Shown here piece after piece: positions 43,313 to 53,573 of a stretch of 64,000 bases of DNA (position 1 is its first letter; each line of letters starts with the position of its first letter). The DNA is taken from contig JBJBCN010000002.1 in the NCBI GenBank assembly GCA_047285805.1, positions 320,001-384,000 on the forward strand, written 5' to 3'. The notes under the pieces were generated by a model, which was not told the origin of the DNA, ran no database searches, and saw only the letters and a program-made list of their open reading frames with translations. A program made the translations under genes and the position numbers. This DNA comes from Synechococcus sp. Its GTDB lineage: Bacteria > Cyanobacteriota > Cyanobacteriia > PCC-6307 > Cyanobiaceae.

Positions 43313-44137
43313 ATGGCTGAGGCCCTCGATGTGCCCTTCAACCGCCCCGATGCTGGTTTCAATGCCCTGGAGGGCTGGACTTGGATCGGCTGCTATGGGG
43401 GCTATTACTTGCAGTCCAACCTCTTTGAAGCCTTTGAACATGGCTTCTTCACCCGCCAGTGGCATGGCCGGGGCCCTGATGTGTTGGCGGGTTATCTCAG
43501 CGCTGGGGTCAGCGTTCACCTCCCCCAGCAGGTCCATAGCGCTCTTGTTCTGCCGGCGAGCCAGGCCTCTTCAGAACCTTGGCCAGAGGCCGACGGCCTG
43601 GTCGCCGATGCCGGCGCTCAGAGCCTTTGGGTCTGTGGTGCCGACTGCACCCCGGTTCTGTTGGCGGATCCCCGATCCGGCCAAGTGGCGGCTTGCCATG
43701 CCGGTTGGCGCGGGGTGGCCGGCGGGATTGTTCTCGAGGCAATCCGCCAGTTGGAGCAGCGCGGTTGCCATCGCACCGACCTGCTGATTGCGCTGGGTCC
43801 AGCAATCAGCGGTGCTGAGTATCAAGTGGAGCCGTCCGTCCCTGTGGCTATTGCCGAGCAGCTGCAGCAGCTCGATGGGGCCCTCTCTGTGGATGCCGCC
43901 CTGGCTGCTCTGGAGGACTGCGCTGCGCTCAAGCCGGATCCCGATCCCACTCGTCAGCGCTTGGATCTGCGTTTGGCGACTCGTCTGCTGTTGGCGCGGG
44001 CCGGAGTTCCCGTGGATCAGATCAGCGTTTGCCCGCTTTGTACGGCCTCCGAGCCCCTGCTGTTCCATTCCTGGCGCCGTGATCAGGTGAAGGCGGTGCA
44101 GTGGAGCGGCATCGTCTCCCAGCAGTTGCCTAGCTGA
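43313..44137 (+). CDS. pgeF: PgeF/YfiH family
   Basis: HGFFTR, QVHS, ADCTPVL, CHAGWRG, SWRR. Confidence 0.92.
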   Translation: MAEALDVPFNRPDAGFNALEGWTWIGCYGGYYLQSNLFEAFEHGFFTRQWHGRGPDVLAGYLSAGVSVHLPQQVHSALVLPASQASSEPWPEADGLVADAGAQSLWVCGADCTPVLLADPRSGQVAACHAGWRGVAGGIVLEAIRQLEQRGCHRTDLLIALGPAISGAEYQVEPSVPVAIAEQLQQLDGALSVDAALAALEDCAALKPDPDPTRQRLDLRLATRLLLARAGVPVDQISVCPLCTASEPLLFHSWRRDQVKAVQWSGIVSQQLPS

Positions 44138-45824
44138 GATCGAAGCTCAGCTGTCCCTCGGCGGCTTTGCTGCGGCGCGATGGTCGCGTGTTGGCCCGCC
44201 GGCGCCGGGGTTCGCGTTCCGCATCCTCAATTGTTTCGGCGGAGCGCCGGAGGCTGAACCAGCTCAACAACATCATCCAGCCCTCTTGGTCGAGCCGATC
44301 GAGGTCGACCGCTTCGGGGTAGAGCTCCGGTGAGCGCTCTTGGGCCCAGAGCACCTGGCTACCGGCAATGCGATCGCTGCCAAATGGAGTCAAGTCCTCC
44401 GGTAGGCGCGCCATGGCTAGCGGGATGGCTCCGATGCCTTGGCATGAGCTGCTGAACCTCTCCAGCCGCACCTGTCTCGCCTGTTCGTAGTTCAGGACTG
44501 GGGCCGGATAATCCGCCAAGGCCGGCGGCTCTCCCAGTTGGTCGTTGGTGACTCGCTCGAGCTGCGGCAGCCAGCGACGAATGAAGAGGCCATGGGGATC
44601 GCAGCGATTCACCGCGACTTGGCCCGGGTGATAGATCCGTGTCCAGGCCTTTGTGCCCCGATAGGTCGCTCCTGCCTGCATTGCCCATTGGTAGTGGTCG
44701 ATCGGACAGTCCCCATCGATCAGGTGCCGCATGAAATGCAGGGCCCCGTAGCGCCAATCGATGCCGCAGAGGTTGCTGAGAAAGCTGGCGTAGATCGCGC
44801 GGCTACGGAAGTTCAGCTCCAACCAGCCACCGCCACCCCGCAGGCAATGGGCTGCGGCGTCCACGATTGGAAAACCGGTGCGTCCCTCTTTCCAGGCCTC
44901 GTAGTGCTCCGTTTGCTCTGCTGTGAGAGGGGTGTTGTCATCGAAGGCGTTCCAGAGGGAGCGCAATTCCAGTTGCGGTAAATAGCGAAAGCGCTGATGC
45001 ATCGAGCAGCCCCAACGCAGCCGGCTGAAGAGTTGCTGGATGCTGCGCAGGCGACTGCGGTCGGCCTGTTCCCGCGCCCGTTGACCGGCGGCCGTGAGTC
45101 GCTGGAGGCATTGCCTGGGGCTGACGATGCCGAACTTCAGGTAAGGGCTGAGCCCGGAGGTCACCTTGGCGGAGGGATAGCTCAGTTCCCAGTAGTAGGT
45201 CCGCGATTCGGGACCCTCGAGGAACCGATCCAGCCGCTGTAGGGCTGTTGAGGTGCCGGCTTCGGGAATCGGTTTACCATCGCTGAATAGCCCCAGGTCA
45301 CGCAGGTCAGGGACCGGGTTGTCCGGGACCTGCTCGGGTACGACAACGCGTTGCGGTTCGGGCACGAGCGCTGCGGCCATCGCCCCATGCCATTGCCGGT
45401 TCCAGGCGCCGTAGGACTGGAGCTCGGCGCTAGCCCCCGCCGGCTCGATCCACTCCAGGGTGACGCCGTTCCCCTGTAGAGCGCGGCTGACGCGGGCATC
45501 ACGGACCCGCCCAACGAGGCGCTCGCTGTCGGTATGGGCCAGGACGTGACGGCACCTTTGGCTACGGGCAAGGCGAGGAAGAACCTCTTCCGGTTGTCCA
45601 TGCTCAACAATTAATCGCCCCCCCAGTGCACGCAAACGTGCATCTAAGGCACGCAGGGAATGAAGCAAAAACTCAACACGAGCGACGGCAGTCTCAGGGT
45701 GAAACAGCAAGGCGTCATCCAGTACAAATAATGGGATGACAGAGCCTCTTGAGCAGGCCTTCGCCAGCGGTTCGTGATCTTGCGTGCGCAAATCACGGCG
45801 ATACCAAACCAGCGTCGGCGGCAT
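44130..45824 (-). CDS. Photolyase/cryptochrome-family FAD-binding protein with C-terminal extension
   Basis: LVWYRRDLR, SGLSPYLKFG, GRTGFPIVDA, LNFRSRA, DPHGLFIRRWLP. Confidence 0.88.
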   Translation of the reverse strand: MPPTLVWYRRDLRTQDHEPLAKACSRGSVIPLFVLDDALLFHPETAVARVEFLLHSLRALDARLRALGGRLIVEHGQPEEVLPRLARSQRCRHVLAHTDSERLVGRVRDARVSRALQGNGVTLEWIEPAGASAELQSYGAWNRQWHGAMAAALVPEPQRVVVPEQVPDNPVPDLRDLGLFSDGKPIPEAGTSTALQRLDRFLEGPESRTYYWELSYPSAKVTSGLSPYLKFGIVSPRQCLQRLTAAGQRAREQADRSRLRSIQQLFSRLRWGCSMHQRFRYLPQLELRSLWNAFDDNTPLTAEQTEHYEAWKEGRTGFPIVDAAAHCLRGGGGWLELNFRSRAIYASFLSNLCGIDWRYGALHFMRHLIDGDCPIDHYQWAMQAGATYRGTKAWTRIYHPGQVAVNRCDPHGLFIRRWLPQLERVTNDQLGEPPALADYPAPVLNYEQARQVRLERFSSSCQGIGAIPLAMARLPEDLTPFGSDRIAGSQVLWAQERSPELYPEAVDLDRLDQEGWMMLLSWFSLRRSAETIEDAEREPRRRRANTRPSRRSKAAEGQLSFDLS

Positions 45825-45928
45825 TGATTGAAAAAAAACTCCTGAAAAGTCCGCAAATTGGAGACGATCAGCCTTGTGCAATCGCAGGCTGAGTGTGATG
45901 ATGCAGAAGTTGCATAACTATTTCTCTC

Positions 45929-46294
45929 ATGCTCACCGGAGCTGACCTGCTCGCCAAGGTCAAAGAAATGGGCGACGTGAGCAAATCGGACGTCGTACGT
46001 GCTTGTGGATATGTCTCCACGAAGAAAGACGGCAGCGAACGGCTGAATTTCACGGCGTTCTACGAAGCACTGCTCAACGCGAAGGGCGTTGATTTTGGCA
46101 GTTCCACCGCCAAAGTTGGCAAAGGTGGCCGTAAGCTCAGCTTCACCACTAAGGTGCAATTCAATGGCAACTTGATGGTGGGCAAGGCCTACACCGCCCT
46201 GCTGGACCTCAAGCCCGGTGACGAATTCGAGATCAAGCTGGGTCGCAAGCAGATCCGCTTGGTTCCCCTGGGCGCTCCTGACGAAGAAGAGTGA
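45929..46294 (+). CDS. AbrB-family transcriptional regulator (cyanobacterial type)
   Basis: MLTGADLLAKVK, ACGYV, FYEALLNAKG, GKAYT, GDEFEIKLGRK. Confidence 0.92.
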   Translation: MLTGADLLAKVKEMGDVSKSDVVRACGYVSTKKDGSERLNFTAFYEALLNAKGVDFGSSTAKVGKGGRKLSFTTKVQFNGNLMVGKAYTALLDLKPGDEFEIKLGRKQIRLVPLGAPDEEE

Positions 46295-47927
46295 GGCCAA
46301 TGGCTTCCGCGATGCGGATGCCATCTATTGCCGCTGACAGGATTCCACCGGCAAAGCCGGCCCCCTCTCCAGCCGGATAAAGCCCTGGTGTGTTTACGCT
46401 CTCCAGGGCTTTTGTTCTGGGAATTCGCACTGGCGAGGAGGTGCGGGTTTCAACGCCGGTCAGCAGCGCATCATCCATGGCGTAGCCCGGGATGGACTGG
46501 TGGAACTGCGGTAGCGCCTCCCGAATGGCCTCGACCACAAAGGAAGGCAATGCTTGCCCCAGGTCCGCCGGCACCACGCCGGGGTTGTAGGAGGGCTTGA
46601 CCGTCCCAAGCGCAGTTGGTGCGGTGTTGCTTTCGGCGAGGAAGTCGCCCAGTCTCTGCCCCGGTGCGGCATAGCTACTGCCACCTAGCTCAAAGGCCTT
46701 AGCCTCCCAGTGCCGCTGAAAGGCAATGCCCGCCAAGGGGTCCCCGGGGTAGGCGCCGTAGCTCTCGACATCATCGGTCTCGATGTTGACGACGATGCCG
46801 CTGTTTGCATTGCGCTCGTTGCGGGAGTGTTGACTCATCCCGTTGGTGACAACTCGGCCCACCTCCGAGGTGGCTCCCACGACGAGGCCGCCCGGACACA
46901 TGCAGAAGCTGTAAACGCAGCGGCCGTTGCTGACGTGTTTGACCAATTTGTATTCCGCGGCCCCCAGCCGGGGGTGGCCTGCTCTCTCCCCCCAGCGGGC
47001 GGCATCGATCAACGGTTGTGGGTGCTCGATGCGAAAGCCCACGGAGAAGGCTTTGCGTTCCAGGGTCACCCCCTGCTCGTGGAGCATGGCGAAAGTGTCC
47101 CGAGCGCTGTGGCCCACTGCAAGCACCACCTGTCGAGCATCGATGAGCTGGCCGTCCGCCAGCTCTACGCCGCAGAGGCGTCTGCCGCCCTCCACCGGCT
47201 CAAAACAGAGCCGATTGACCCGGCTTTCGAAGCGAATCTCCCCACCTAGCTCTGTGATCTTGAGGCGTAGGCCCCGAACCACCGTGGCCAACTTGAAGGT
47301 GCCGATATGGGGATGGTTTTTGACCAGGATTTCCGGGTTGGCGCCCGCCGCCACGAGTTCCTCGAGCACCTTGCGCCCGAGGTGCTTCGGGTCCCGGACC
47401 TGGCTGTAAAGCTTCCCGTCGGAGAAGGTACCCGCACCCCCTTCGCCGAATTGCGCGTTGGATTCGGGGTTAAACGGTTGAGTCCGTCTCCAGAAGCCAA
47501 AGGTGTCTGCCGTTCGTTCCTTGACTGGCTTGCCGCGTTCCAGTAGCAGGGGCCTAAGCCCCATCTCTGCCAGGACGAGTGCGCAGAAATAGCCGCAGGG
47601 GCCGGCGCCGACCACCACCGGCCGCTGGGGAGTCGGGCTTCCCGGGCTGATCTCGCCAACGAGGCGGTAGCGGGTGTCGCTGGCCGGCTGCAGGTGCGGG
47701 TCACGCTTGAAGCGTTTGAGCAGTTGGCGCTCCAGTTCCGGTTGGAGTTCCAGCTCGAGGCTGTAGGCGATTTGAATTGCCGACTTGCGACGGGCATCCA
47801 CGCTTTCTTTGACCACGCGGTGCGTGAGCAGCCCAACCGGATCGATCTTGAGGCGTTTGCAGATGGCTGGAGCGAGATCCTCCTCCTCGTGATCGAGCGG
47901 CAGTTTCAACTCGCTCAGTCGCAGCAC
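46233..47927 (-). CDS. FAD-dependent oxidoreductase
   Basis: MLRLSELKLP, VGAGPCG, FGEGGAGTFSDGKL, SFCMCPGG, GVETRTSSP; GTG start at 47927. Confidence 0.92.
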   Translation of the reverse strand: MLRLSELKLPLDHEEEDLAPAICKRLKIDPVGLLTHRVVKESVDARRKSAIQIAYSLELELQPELERQLLKRFKRDPHLQPASDTRYRLVGEISPGSPTPQRPVVVGAGPCGYFCALVLAEMGLRPLLLERGKPVKERTADTFGFWRRTQPFNPESNAQFGEGGAGTFSDGKLYSQVRDPKHLGRKVLEELVAAGANPEILVKNHPHIGTFKLATVVRGLRLKITELGGEIRFESRVNRLCFEPVEGGRRLCGVELADGQLIDARQVVLAVGHSARDTFAMLHEQGVTLERKAFSVGFRIEHPQPLIDAARWGERAGHPRLGAAEYKLVKHVSNGRCVYSFCMCPGGLVVGATSEVGRVVTNGMSQHSRNERNANSGIVVNIETDDVESYGAYPGDPLAGIAFQRHWEAKAFELGGSSYAAPGQRLGDFLAESNTAPTALGTVKPSYNPGVVPADLGQALPSFVVEAIREALPQFHQSIPGYAMDDALLTGVETRTSSPVRIPRTKALESVNTPGLYPAGEGAGFAGGILSAAIDGIRIAEAIGLTLLRQERPGEPSGSACDPA

Positions 47928-48014
47928 CACAGGTTCTGAGCCTCCTGGCTGTATTCCAGCACCGCACTTCGCCGGCTTCCGCTGCTTAGCCTCCCCGGCA
48001 GTTGTGTTGACGCC

Positions 48015-48797
48015 GTGGAAGCGACCTATTTCGGGGCCAATGGTTGGTTGCTGCAATGGTCCGGACTGCGGGTGCTGGTTGACCCCTGGTTTCGCGGTCC
48101 GCTGGTGTTTCCTCCAGGGCCTTGGTTTTTTCAGGGGGAATTGTCCCAGGCGTTGGAAGTGCCAGGGGAGCTCGACCTTCTGCTCCTGACCCAGGGCTTG
48201 GATGACCATGCCCATCCCGAGACCCTGGACCTGCTGCCCCGCTCCCTGCCGGTGGTGGGGTCGCTGAGTGCGACCAAGAAGGTGCAGCAGTTGGGCTTCA
48301 CCCAGGTCAAGGGATTGCGCCCCGGCGAGACCACAGCCGTCGGTGAGCTTGTCATTCAAGCCACGGCTGGTGCGCCGGTGCCCCAGGTCGAGAATGGCTA
48401 CTTGCTGCGCCACCCCGAAGCCAGCCTCTATCTCGAGCCCCATGGCTATCTTGCGGCGGATCTGCCGCCGGAACCTCTGGATGCCGTGATCACACCGGTC
48501 GTGGATCTGGGACTTCCCGTCGCCGGGGCCTTTGTGCGTGGTCAGAGCGTCTTGCTGGAACTGGTGCAGCGCTTCTCTCCGCGAATGGTCTTGGCGAGCA
48601 CGACCGGAGGCGAGGTGCGCTTCAGCGGATGGCTGAACCGTTGGCTCTGGCAAAAGGGAAGCTCCGCCGAGGCCAAGCAGGCCCTGGGGTCAGCCGCTCA
48701 GTTGATTGATCCTGTCCCCGGCGCCCGCTATGCCCTGGGGAGTGGTCATGGGGCGCACCGTCCTGATCCGCTGTTGTCTTTGCTGGGTTCTGACTAG
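48015..48797 (+). CDS. MBL-fold metallo-hydrolase
   Basis: ATYFGANGWL, LVDPW, TQGLDDHAH, EPHG. Confidence 0.88.
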   Translation: MEATYFGANGWLLQWSGLRVLVDPWFRGPLVFPPGPWFFQGELSQALEVPGELDLLLLTQGLDDHAHPETLDLLPRSLPVVGSLSATKKVQQLGFTQVKGLRPGETTAVGELVIQATAGAPVPQVENGYLLRHPEASLYLEPHGYLAADLPPEPLDAVITPVVDLGLPVAGAFVRGQSVLLELVQRFSPRMVLASTTGGEVRFSGWLNRWLWQKGSSAEAKQALGSAAQLIDPVPGARYALGSGHGAHRPDPLLSLLGSD

Positions 48798-48821
48798 GGT
48801 TGCTGTTTCTTAACGGACCGC

Positions 48822-49583
48822 ATGCTCTCGCGCTTTCCCGCTTGGTTGAAGCCGATGGTCCGTCAAGCGGCCTCCCTGTTGGCCCCCGTCGCCGTCCTGG
48901 GCGCCATGGTTGCCGGTCCGGCGCTTGCCATCCCCGAAGCCGAGGCCATCAAGAAGCTTCAGGTGATCCCGGTTTTTGTGATCACCGACGCCAATGGCAT
49001 TCCCCTGCCGATCCCCCGGGATGAGGCCCTGGTCCTGCCCCTCTATCTCGAGAGTGATCGGGCCAACGCCGAACTCAAGGCGCTGCTGAAATCGAACCCG
49101 AGCCTGAAGGCCAACGTCACCCCCGTTCCACTCAACGTGATGAACGAGAAGGTCGTGGAGCTCAACAAGCAGCTCAAGGACAAGAGCAAGCCGCTGGTGG
49201 CCCCGGTGGTCATGAATGACGCCGACATGAAGCAGGCCTACACCCTGCTGAAGCAGGAGGGCCTCAGCGACGAGGAGATCAAGAAGGGCCTCAACGTGGC
49301 CGTGTTCTTCACCCAGCCCTTCCTGACCCTGAACACGCCTGACGGCCCCAGGGGTGTCTTCTTCCTGAGCTATGACGAACTGCAGAAGGCCCTCGCGAAC
49401 GTGCCCCAAGCCGAGCGCGGCAAGCTCAAGCCTCGTGTGGCTGATCTCACCGCGGTGATCTCCCAGATCAGCAAGGCCAAGGAAGACAGCTTCGTGATCT
49501 TTCCCACCCGCGAATATTTCCGTCTCGTGGAAGAAGGCCGGACCAAGGCTCAGTCCACCCCTCAGACCAAGCCCGCTAAGTAG
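48822..49583 (+). CDS. Tic22-family periplasmic chaperone
   Basis: Signal peptide; AIKKLQVIPVFVITDANG, FFLSYDEL. Confidence 0.8.
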   Translation: MLSRFPAWLKPMVRQAASLLAPVAVLGAMVAGPALAIPEAEAIKKLQVIPVFVITDANGIPLPIPRDEALVLPLYLESDRANAELKALLKSNPSLKANVTPVPLNVMNEKVVELNKQLKDKSKPLVAPVVMNDADMKQAYTLLKQEGLSDEEIKKGLNVAVFFTQPFLTLNTPDGPRGVFFLSYDELQKALANVPQAERGKLKPRVADLTAVISQISKAKEDSFVIFPTREYFRLVEEGRTKAQSTPQTKPAK

Positions 49584-49596
49584 GACTCTGCTGAGG

Positions 49597-49824
49597 TCAG
49601 GCTTCGTTCTCAGCCCCGACCTCAGGAGACCCGGCTTCGGGTTCCGGCTCGCGCATCAGTTGCACGAGCAGCCCGGCTGCGATCAGAACACAACCCACAA
49701 TGATGGCGATCGGCTTGTTCTCAGCGGCCGACGCGGGCCCCCAGACTGCCGTCGCCAGAAACGCACTGCCGAGTAAGAGGGTTGGCACCAAGACGATGCC
49801 CTTGGCTGCCCGATTGATTCCCAA
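49597..49824 (-). CDS. GIVxVP-motif small membrane protein
   Basis: NRAAKGIVLVP, two TM segments. Confidence 0.75.
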   Translation of the reverse strand: MGINRAAKGIVLVPTLLLGSAFLATAVWGPASAAENKPIAIIVGCVLIAAGLLVQLMREPEPEAGSPEVGAENEA

Positions 49825-49830
49825 CGGCCG

Positions 49831-50199
49831 TCAGCAGGATCCCGATGACGAGGCTAGGCCGGATTCAATCAGCTCGGTTCCGAGGTCGTGGTTGCCTTGG
49901 CCATCTAGGTGGTTGATGTGGGCAATCAGGACACCATCGGCGCTGCCGGTGGGGCGCAGGTTGACCTTGCTGCGACGCGGCAGCTGCTTGCGAATCCAGT
50001 CCACGGCCTTCGCGTCATCGGCGGGATCCACCACGACGCAGGCCAGTTGAACGCTGTAGGTGCGGTTGCGGTCACCAATTTGCAGCAGCGTGCCGCTGCG
50101 CACCTGCAACACCTCGGCCGCGTCGACTGGACTGGACCAGAGCAGCAGGCAGGTGGCCGCTGCCGCGCAGAGGAAGCGACGGATCAGCCTGAGGTTCAC
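49831..50199 (-). CDS. Thermonuclease-like exported protein
   Basis: [28 protein letters not shown] overlaps the ilvB stop. Confidence 0.78.
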   Translation of the reverse strand: MNLRLIRRFLCAAAATCLLLWSSPVDAAEVLQVRSGTLLQIGDRNRTYSVQLACVVVDPADDAKAVDWIRKQLPRRSKVNLRPTGSADGVLIAHINHLDGQGNHDLGTELIESGLASSSGSC

Positions 50200-52049
50200 A
50201 GCTTGGCGCCGCAGTTGGGGCAGTAGAGGCTCGAGCTGGAGGTGGTGTGGTGGCAGCTGTGGCACTCACGATTGGTGTCGATCGCCAGTTCCGGATGGGA
50301 GGGCAGACCCACCATCTGGGCGTTGCTGGCACCGGGGGGAACCATCGGGTAGCAGTTTTCGTTGCGGCGAACCTTCACCTCGATGAAGGCGGGACCGGGG
50401 TGGGCAAGGGCTTCGGCGAGCTTGCTGCGCAGCTCCTGTCGGCCTTGGATCTGCACCCCTTTGACCCCAAAGGCTTCAGAGAGTGCTGGGAAGTTGGGCA
50501 TCCCACCGGTCATCTCCGAGGCGCTGTAGCGCTCGCCATAGAAGCTTTCCTGCCACTGACGAACCATGCCCTGCCAGCCGTTGTTGAGCACCACGACCTT
50601 CACGGGCAGGTGGTACTGGCTGAGGGTGCCCAGCTCCTGGATGTTCATCAGGATGCTCGCGTCGCCGGCTACGCAGATCACCGGCTCCTCGGGGAAGGCG
50701 CACTGCACCCCCATCGCAGCCGGCATGCCGAAGCCCATGGTCCCCAAGCCCGCCGAGCTGATCCAACGCCGCGGAAGGGTGTGTAGGAATTGTGCGGCCC
50801 ACATCTGGTGCTGGCCGACGTCTGTCGTGAAGAAGGCCTTCGGGGAGAGCTCTTGCAACATCGAGACCACCTCCTGGGGGGCGATGTCGCCTTCGGGAGC
50901 GGGCACTACCAAGGGGTAGTGCTGCTTCCACTGGGCAATTCGCTCCAGCCAGGCTTCGGTGCGGCCTCGGGAGTCTTCTTGGCTTGAAGCCGCCAGCAGG
51001 GCTTCCACGGCCAGTTTGACGTCAGCCACCACAGCGACGTCCGGCAGACGGGTTTTGCCCATCTCGGCGGCGTCAATGTCGATGTGGATGACCTGGGCCC
51101 GCGGGGCAAAACCATCCAGACGTCCGGTGACGCGGTCGTCAAAACGGGCGCCCACCGCGATCAGTAGGTCGCAATCGGTCACGGCGAAGTTCGCATAGGC
51201 GGTGCCGTGCATCCCAAGCATCCCCACCGAGAGGGGGTGGAGCTCATCGAAGGCGCCCTTGCCCATCAAGGTGGTGGTCACGGGCAGCTGGAAGCGCTCA
51301 GCCAGGGTGTAGATGACCGAGTGGGCGCCACTGCTGATGGCGCCGCCACCGACGTAGAGCAGTGGACGCCTGGCCAGGCGAATCAGCTCGAGAGAGGCCT
51401 CGATGGCACTGTGGTCCGCTGCGGGCGGCAGCTTGAAACCGGGGGGAATCGCTGCGCCGGGTTCAACCGGGACGTAGTCAAATTCCTCGACACCCACGTC
51501 CTTGGGCACGTCGATCAGGACGGGACCCGGCCTCCCGCTGGAGGCGATCAGGAAGGCTTCCGAGACGATGCGGGCGATGTCCCTCGGATCGCGCACAACC
51601 CAGGAGTGCTTCACGATCGGCAGGGTGATGCCGAAGATGTCGGTCTCTTGGAAGGCGTCCGTGCCGATCGCAGCCCGCGGCACCTGCCCTGTGATCACCA
51701 CCATGGGCACTGAGTCCATGTGGGCGGTGGCAATGCCCGTCACCAAATTGGTAGCGCCAGGGCCGGAGGTGCCAAAGCAGACGCCAACCTTTCCGGTGGC
51801 TCGTGCGTAGGCGTCAGCAGCATGAGTGCCACCCTGCTCGTGGCGGACCAGGATGTGCTTAAGCCAACCCCGGGACTCGGCTTTGTGAAGTTCGTCGTAG
51901 ATCGGAAGGATGGCGCCGCCCGGATAGCCAAAGATCGTCTCGACGCAATGGCGCCTCAGTGCATCCATCAGGGCGTAGCCGCCACTCACCCGGGTGGGGG
52001 TGGAGTGTTCAGCGGCGGTGGCCGCTTTCGAAACGGACGTCACGGTCAC
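50196..52049 (-). CDS. ilvB: Acetolactate synthase large subunit
   Basis: [38 protein letters not shown]-terminal zinc ribbon; start 52049 or 52079. Confidence 0.97.
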   Translation of the reverse strand: MTVTSVSKAATAAEHSTPTRVSGGYALMDALRRHCVETIFGYPGGAILPIYDELHKAESRGWLKHILVRHEQGGTHAADAYARATGKVGVCFGTSGPGATNLVTGIATAHMDSVPMVVITGQVPRAAIGTDAFQETDIFGITLPIVKHSWVVRDPRDIARIVSEAFLIASSGRPGPVLIDVPKDVGVEEFDYVPVEPGAAIPPGFKLPPAADHSAIEASLELIRLARRPLLYVGGGAISSGAHSVIYTLAERFQLPVTTTLMGKGAFDELHPLSVGMLGMHGTAYANFAVTDCDLLIAVGARFDDRVTGRLDGFAPRAQVIHIDIDAAEMGKTRLPDVAVVADVKLAVEALLAASSQEDSRGRTEAWLERIAQWKQHYPLVVPAPEGDIAPQEVVSMLQELSPKAFFTTDVGQHQMWAAQFLHTLPRRWISSAGLGTMGFGMPAAMGVQCAFPEEPVICVAGDASILMNIQELGTLSQYHLPVKVVVLNNGWQGMVRQWQESFYGERYSASEMTGGMPNFPALSEAFGVKGVQIQGRQELRSKLAEALAHPGPAFIEVKVRRNENCYPMVPPGASNAQMVGLPSHPELAIDTNRECHSCHHTTSSSSLYCPNCGAKL

Positions 52050-52290
52050 GGCGGCGGCGGACAGCGTATTCAGATCCAATCACCCTAAGGTCTGGTCTGA
52101 GAAATGGGCGCTTCAACCCTCTGGCGTCAGTCATTGCTCGCAGCACGACCACCGGGTCCAGCCAGCGGTTCCTTATCTTCACCCCCCAGTGCAGGTGTGG
52201 GCCGCTGCTGCGGCCGCTGACACCAATGGCGCCTAGACGCTCACCGGTTCTCACCATGGAGCCTTGCCGCAGTTCTACCGCTCCTAGGTA
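52009..52290 (-). pseudogene. 3' remnant of an M23 peptidase truncated at the island edge
   Basis: GAVELRQGSMVRTGERLGAIGVSGRSSGPHLHWG..WLDP; N-terminal HxxxD motif absent. Confidence 0.78.
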
Positions 52291-52381
52291 TGCATCGGGA
52301 ATACCGCTGCAACTCCTGAACTTCTCTTGATCTGACGGTCGGGCTGCTTTCCAAAGCACGCTCCGACCTCGGAAATAGGGG

Positions 52382-52405
52382 ACCCCGAGATTGCCGTCTC
52401 GGGGT
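52382..52405. repeat. 9-bp inverted repeat near the island left end
   Basis: ACCCCGAGA-TTGCCG-TCTCGGGGT. Confidence 0.6.
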
Positions 52406-52524
52406 TGTTCCTCAGGAATAAAGCACGGAAGACCACGCTAAACCAGAGCAACTAACAGCGGTTTTCTACCCGAGGAACGGCGTCAGGGGCAACCCACGTA
52501 GCGCTCCAGTGGAGTGCGCAACAG

Positions 52525-53136
52525 TTGAACCGCACTACCTATCGCTCCCTCGACGCCGAGGTCGGCTGCCTGCAGGCTTCGATCTTCAAAGAGATCCGTC
52601 GTTGCCTACGACTCAACGGCGGCACCGTCGATGCCAACGGCATCAAGTGGGTCTGGCGCAGCGCCGTCTCGCTGGCCGAGCTCTTCGGCGTCAACGAGAA
52701 AACGATCCGCCGTCACCTGAAAGCACTGGTCAGCCTGGGCTGGCTGAAGCGCGACAAGCTCCAACGCAAGTGGGGTTGGCAGGTCTACCACTACTCATTG
52801 GGCGACAACGCTCCTTTGAAGGGAGTGCCGCATCAACCAGAACAGAAGGCCCGCACTGATGCGGACATGGTGTCTGCTTCTATAAACAGCAAGACCACTT
52901 CCCAGAAAATTCACCACCAGCGCCGAACAGCCAGTCGACCTTCGGTCTCCCAACAGCCGAGAACGGAGCAGTCCCGAGTGGTGACGGCCAAGGCTCTGGC
53001 GACAACCGGAAACTGCTGCCCGGTGCCCAGCGACTGGCCTGAGCTCGATCTGTATGCAACGGCCCTGGCCATCGAAAACACCCGCAATCAATTCCCGCTG
53101 CTGCGCCGCAGGGCTGTCGGATTCGGAGCCGCCTGA
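52525..53136 (+). CDS. Winged-HTH protein, phage/plasmid replication-initiator-like
   Basis: GIKWVWRSAVSLAELFGVNEKTIRRHLKALVSLGWL followed by a low-complexity tail. Confidence 0.7.
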   Translation: MNRTTYRSLDAEVGCLQASIFKEIRRCLRLNGGTVDANGIKWVWRSAVSLAELFGVNEKTIRRHLKALVSLGWLKRDKLQRKWGWQVYHYSLGDNAPLKGVPHQPEQKARTDADMVSASINSKTTSQKIHHQRRTASRPSVSQQPRTEQSRVVTAKALATTGNCCPVPSDWPELDLYATALAIENTRNQFPLLRRRAVGFGAA

Positions 53137-53201
53137 GAACAGGCATCAACCCCCCCCCCTGCAGCGCAAGGGATCTTGTTTCAACTGACAGGAGTCAACC
53201 A

Positions 53202-53435
53202 ATGACCGCCATCACCGGAAAGGCCCTGCTCTTCACGGAGTTCCTGGAGCTAATACCCCAACGCTCACAACACTCCTGCAACGTCAGATCAGGAGTACCC
53301 ATCGAAGTTGTCACTGCTGTCACCGCACTGCTGGCACTGATGGCATCGACAACAGGGGCCAGTTGCCAACTGCAGAGGGCAGTGCTGTCACTGGCGGCAG
53401 CGTTTTTGTTGATGGCTCAGGCAGCTATTGCGTGA
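53202..53435 (+). CDS. Small hydrophobic hypothetical protein
   Basis: AGGAG RBS 7 nt upstream; two hydrophobic segments. Confidence 0.4.
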   Translation: MTAITGKALLFTEFLELIPQRSQHSCNVRSGVPIEVVTAVTALLALMASTTGASCQLQRAVLSLAAAFLLMAQAAIA

Positions 53436-53573
53436 AGAGCCGGTGATGGGTTCAGGTGCTCAATCATTCACAGTGGAGAGTATCAATCCTCCTCGTCTGA
53501 TTCACCGTACGGAAACAGCTTGACCTACTTGCGGCTGAGCTTGATGTTGGAATTAACTCAGCTGTCAACACAG

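Noticed and set aside
47928..48653. Apparent 240-aa N-terminal extension making an 806-aa oxidoreductase
   Set aside because: Antisense of the MBL gene; the family start MLRLSELKL is at 47927
50196..50270. Zinc-ribbon tail on IlvB
   Set aside because: To my knowledge present in many cyanobacterial IlvB proteins, so not novel
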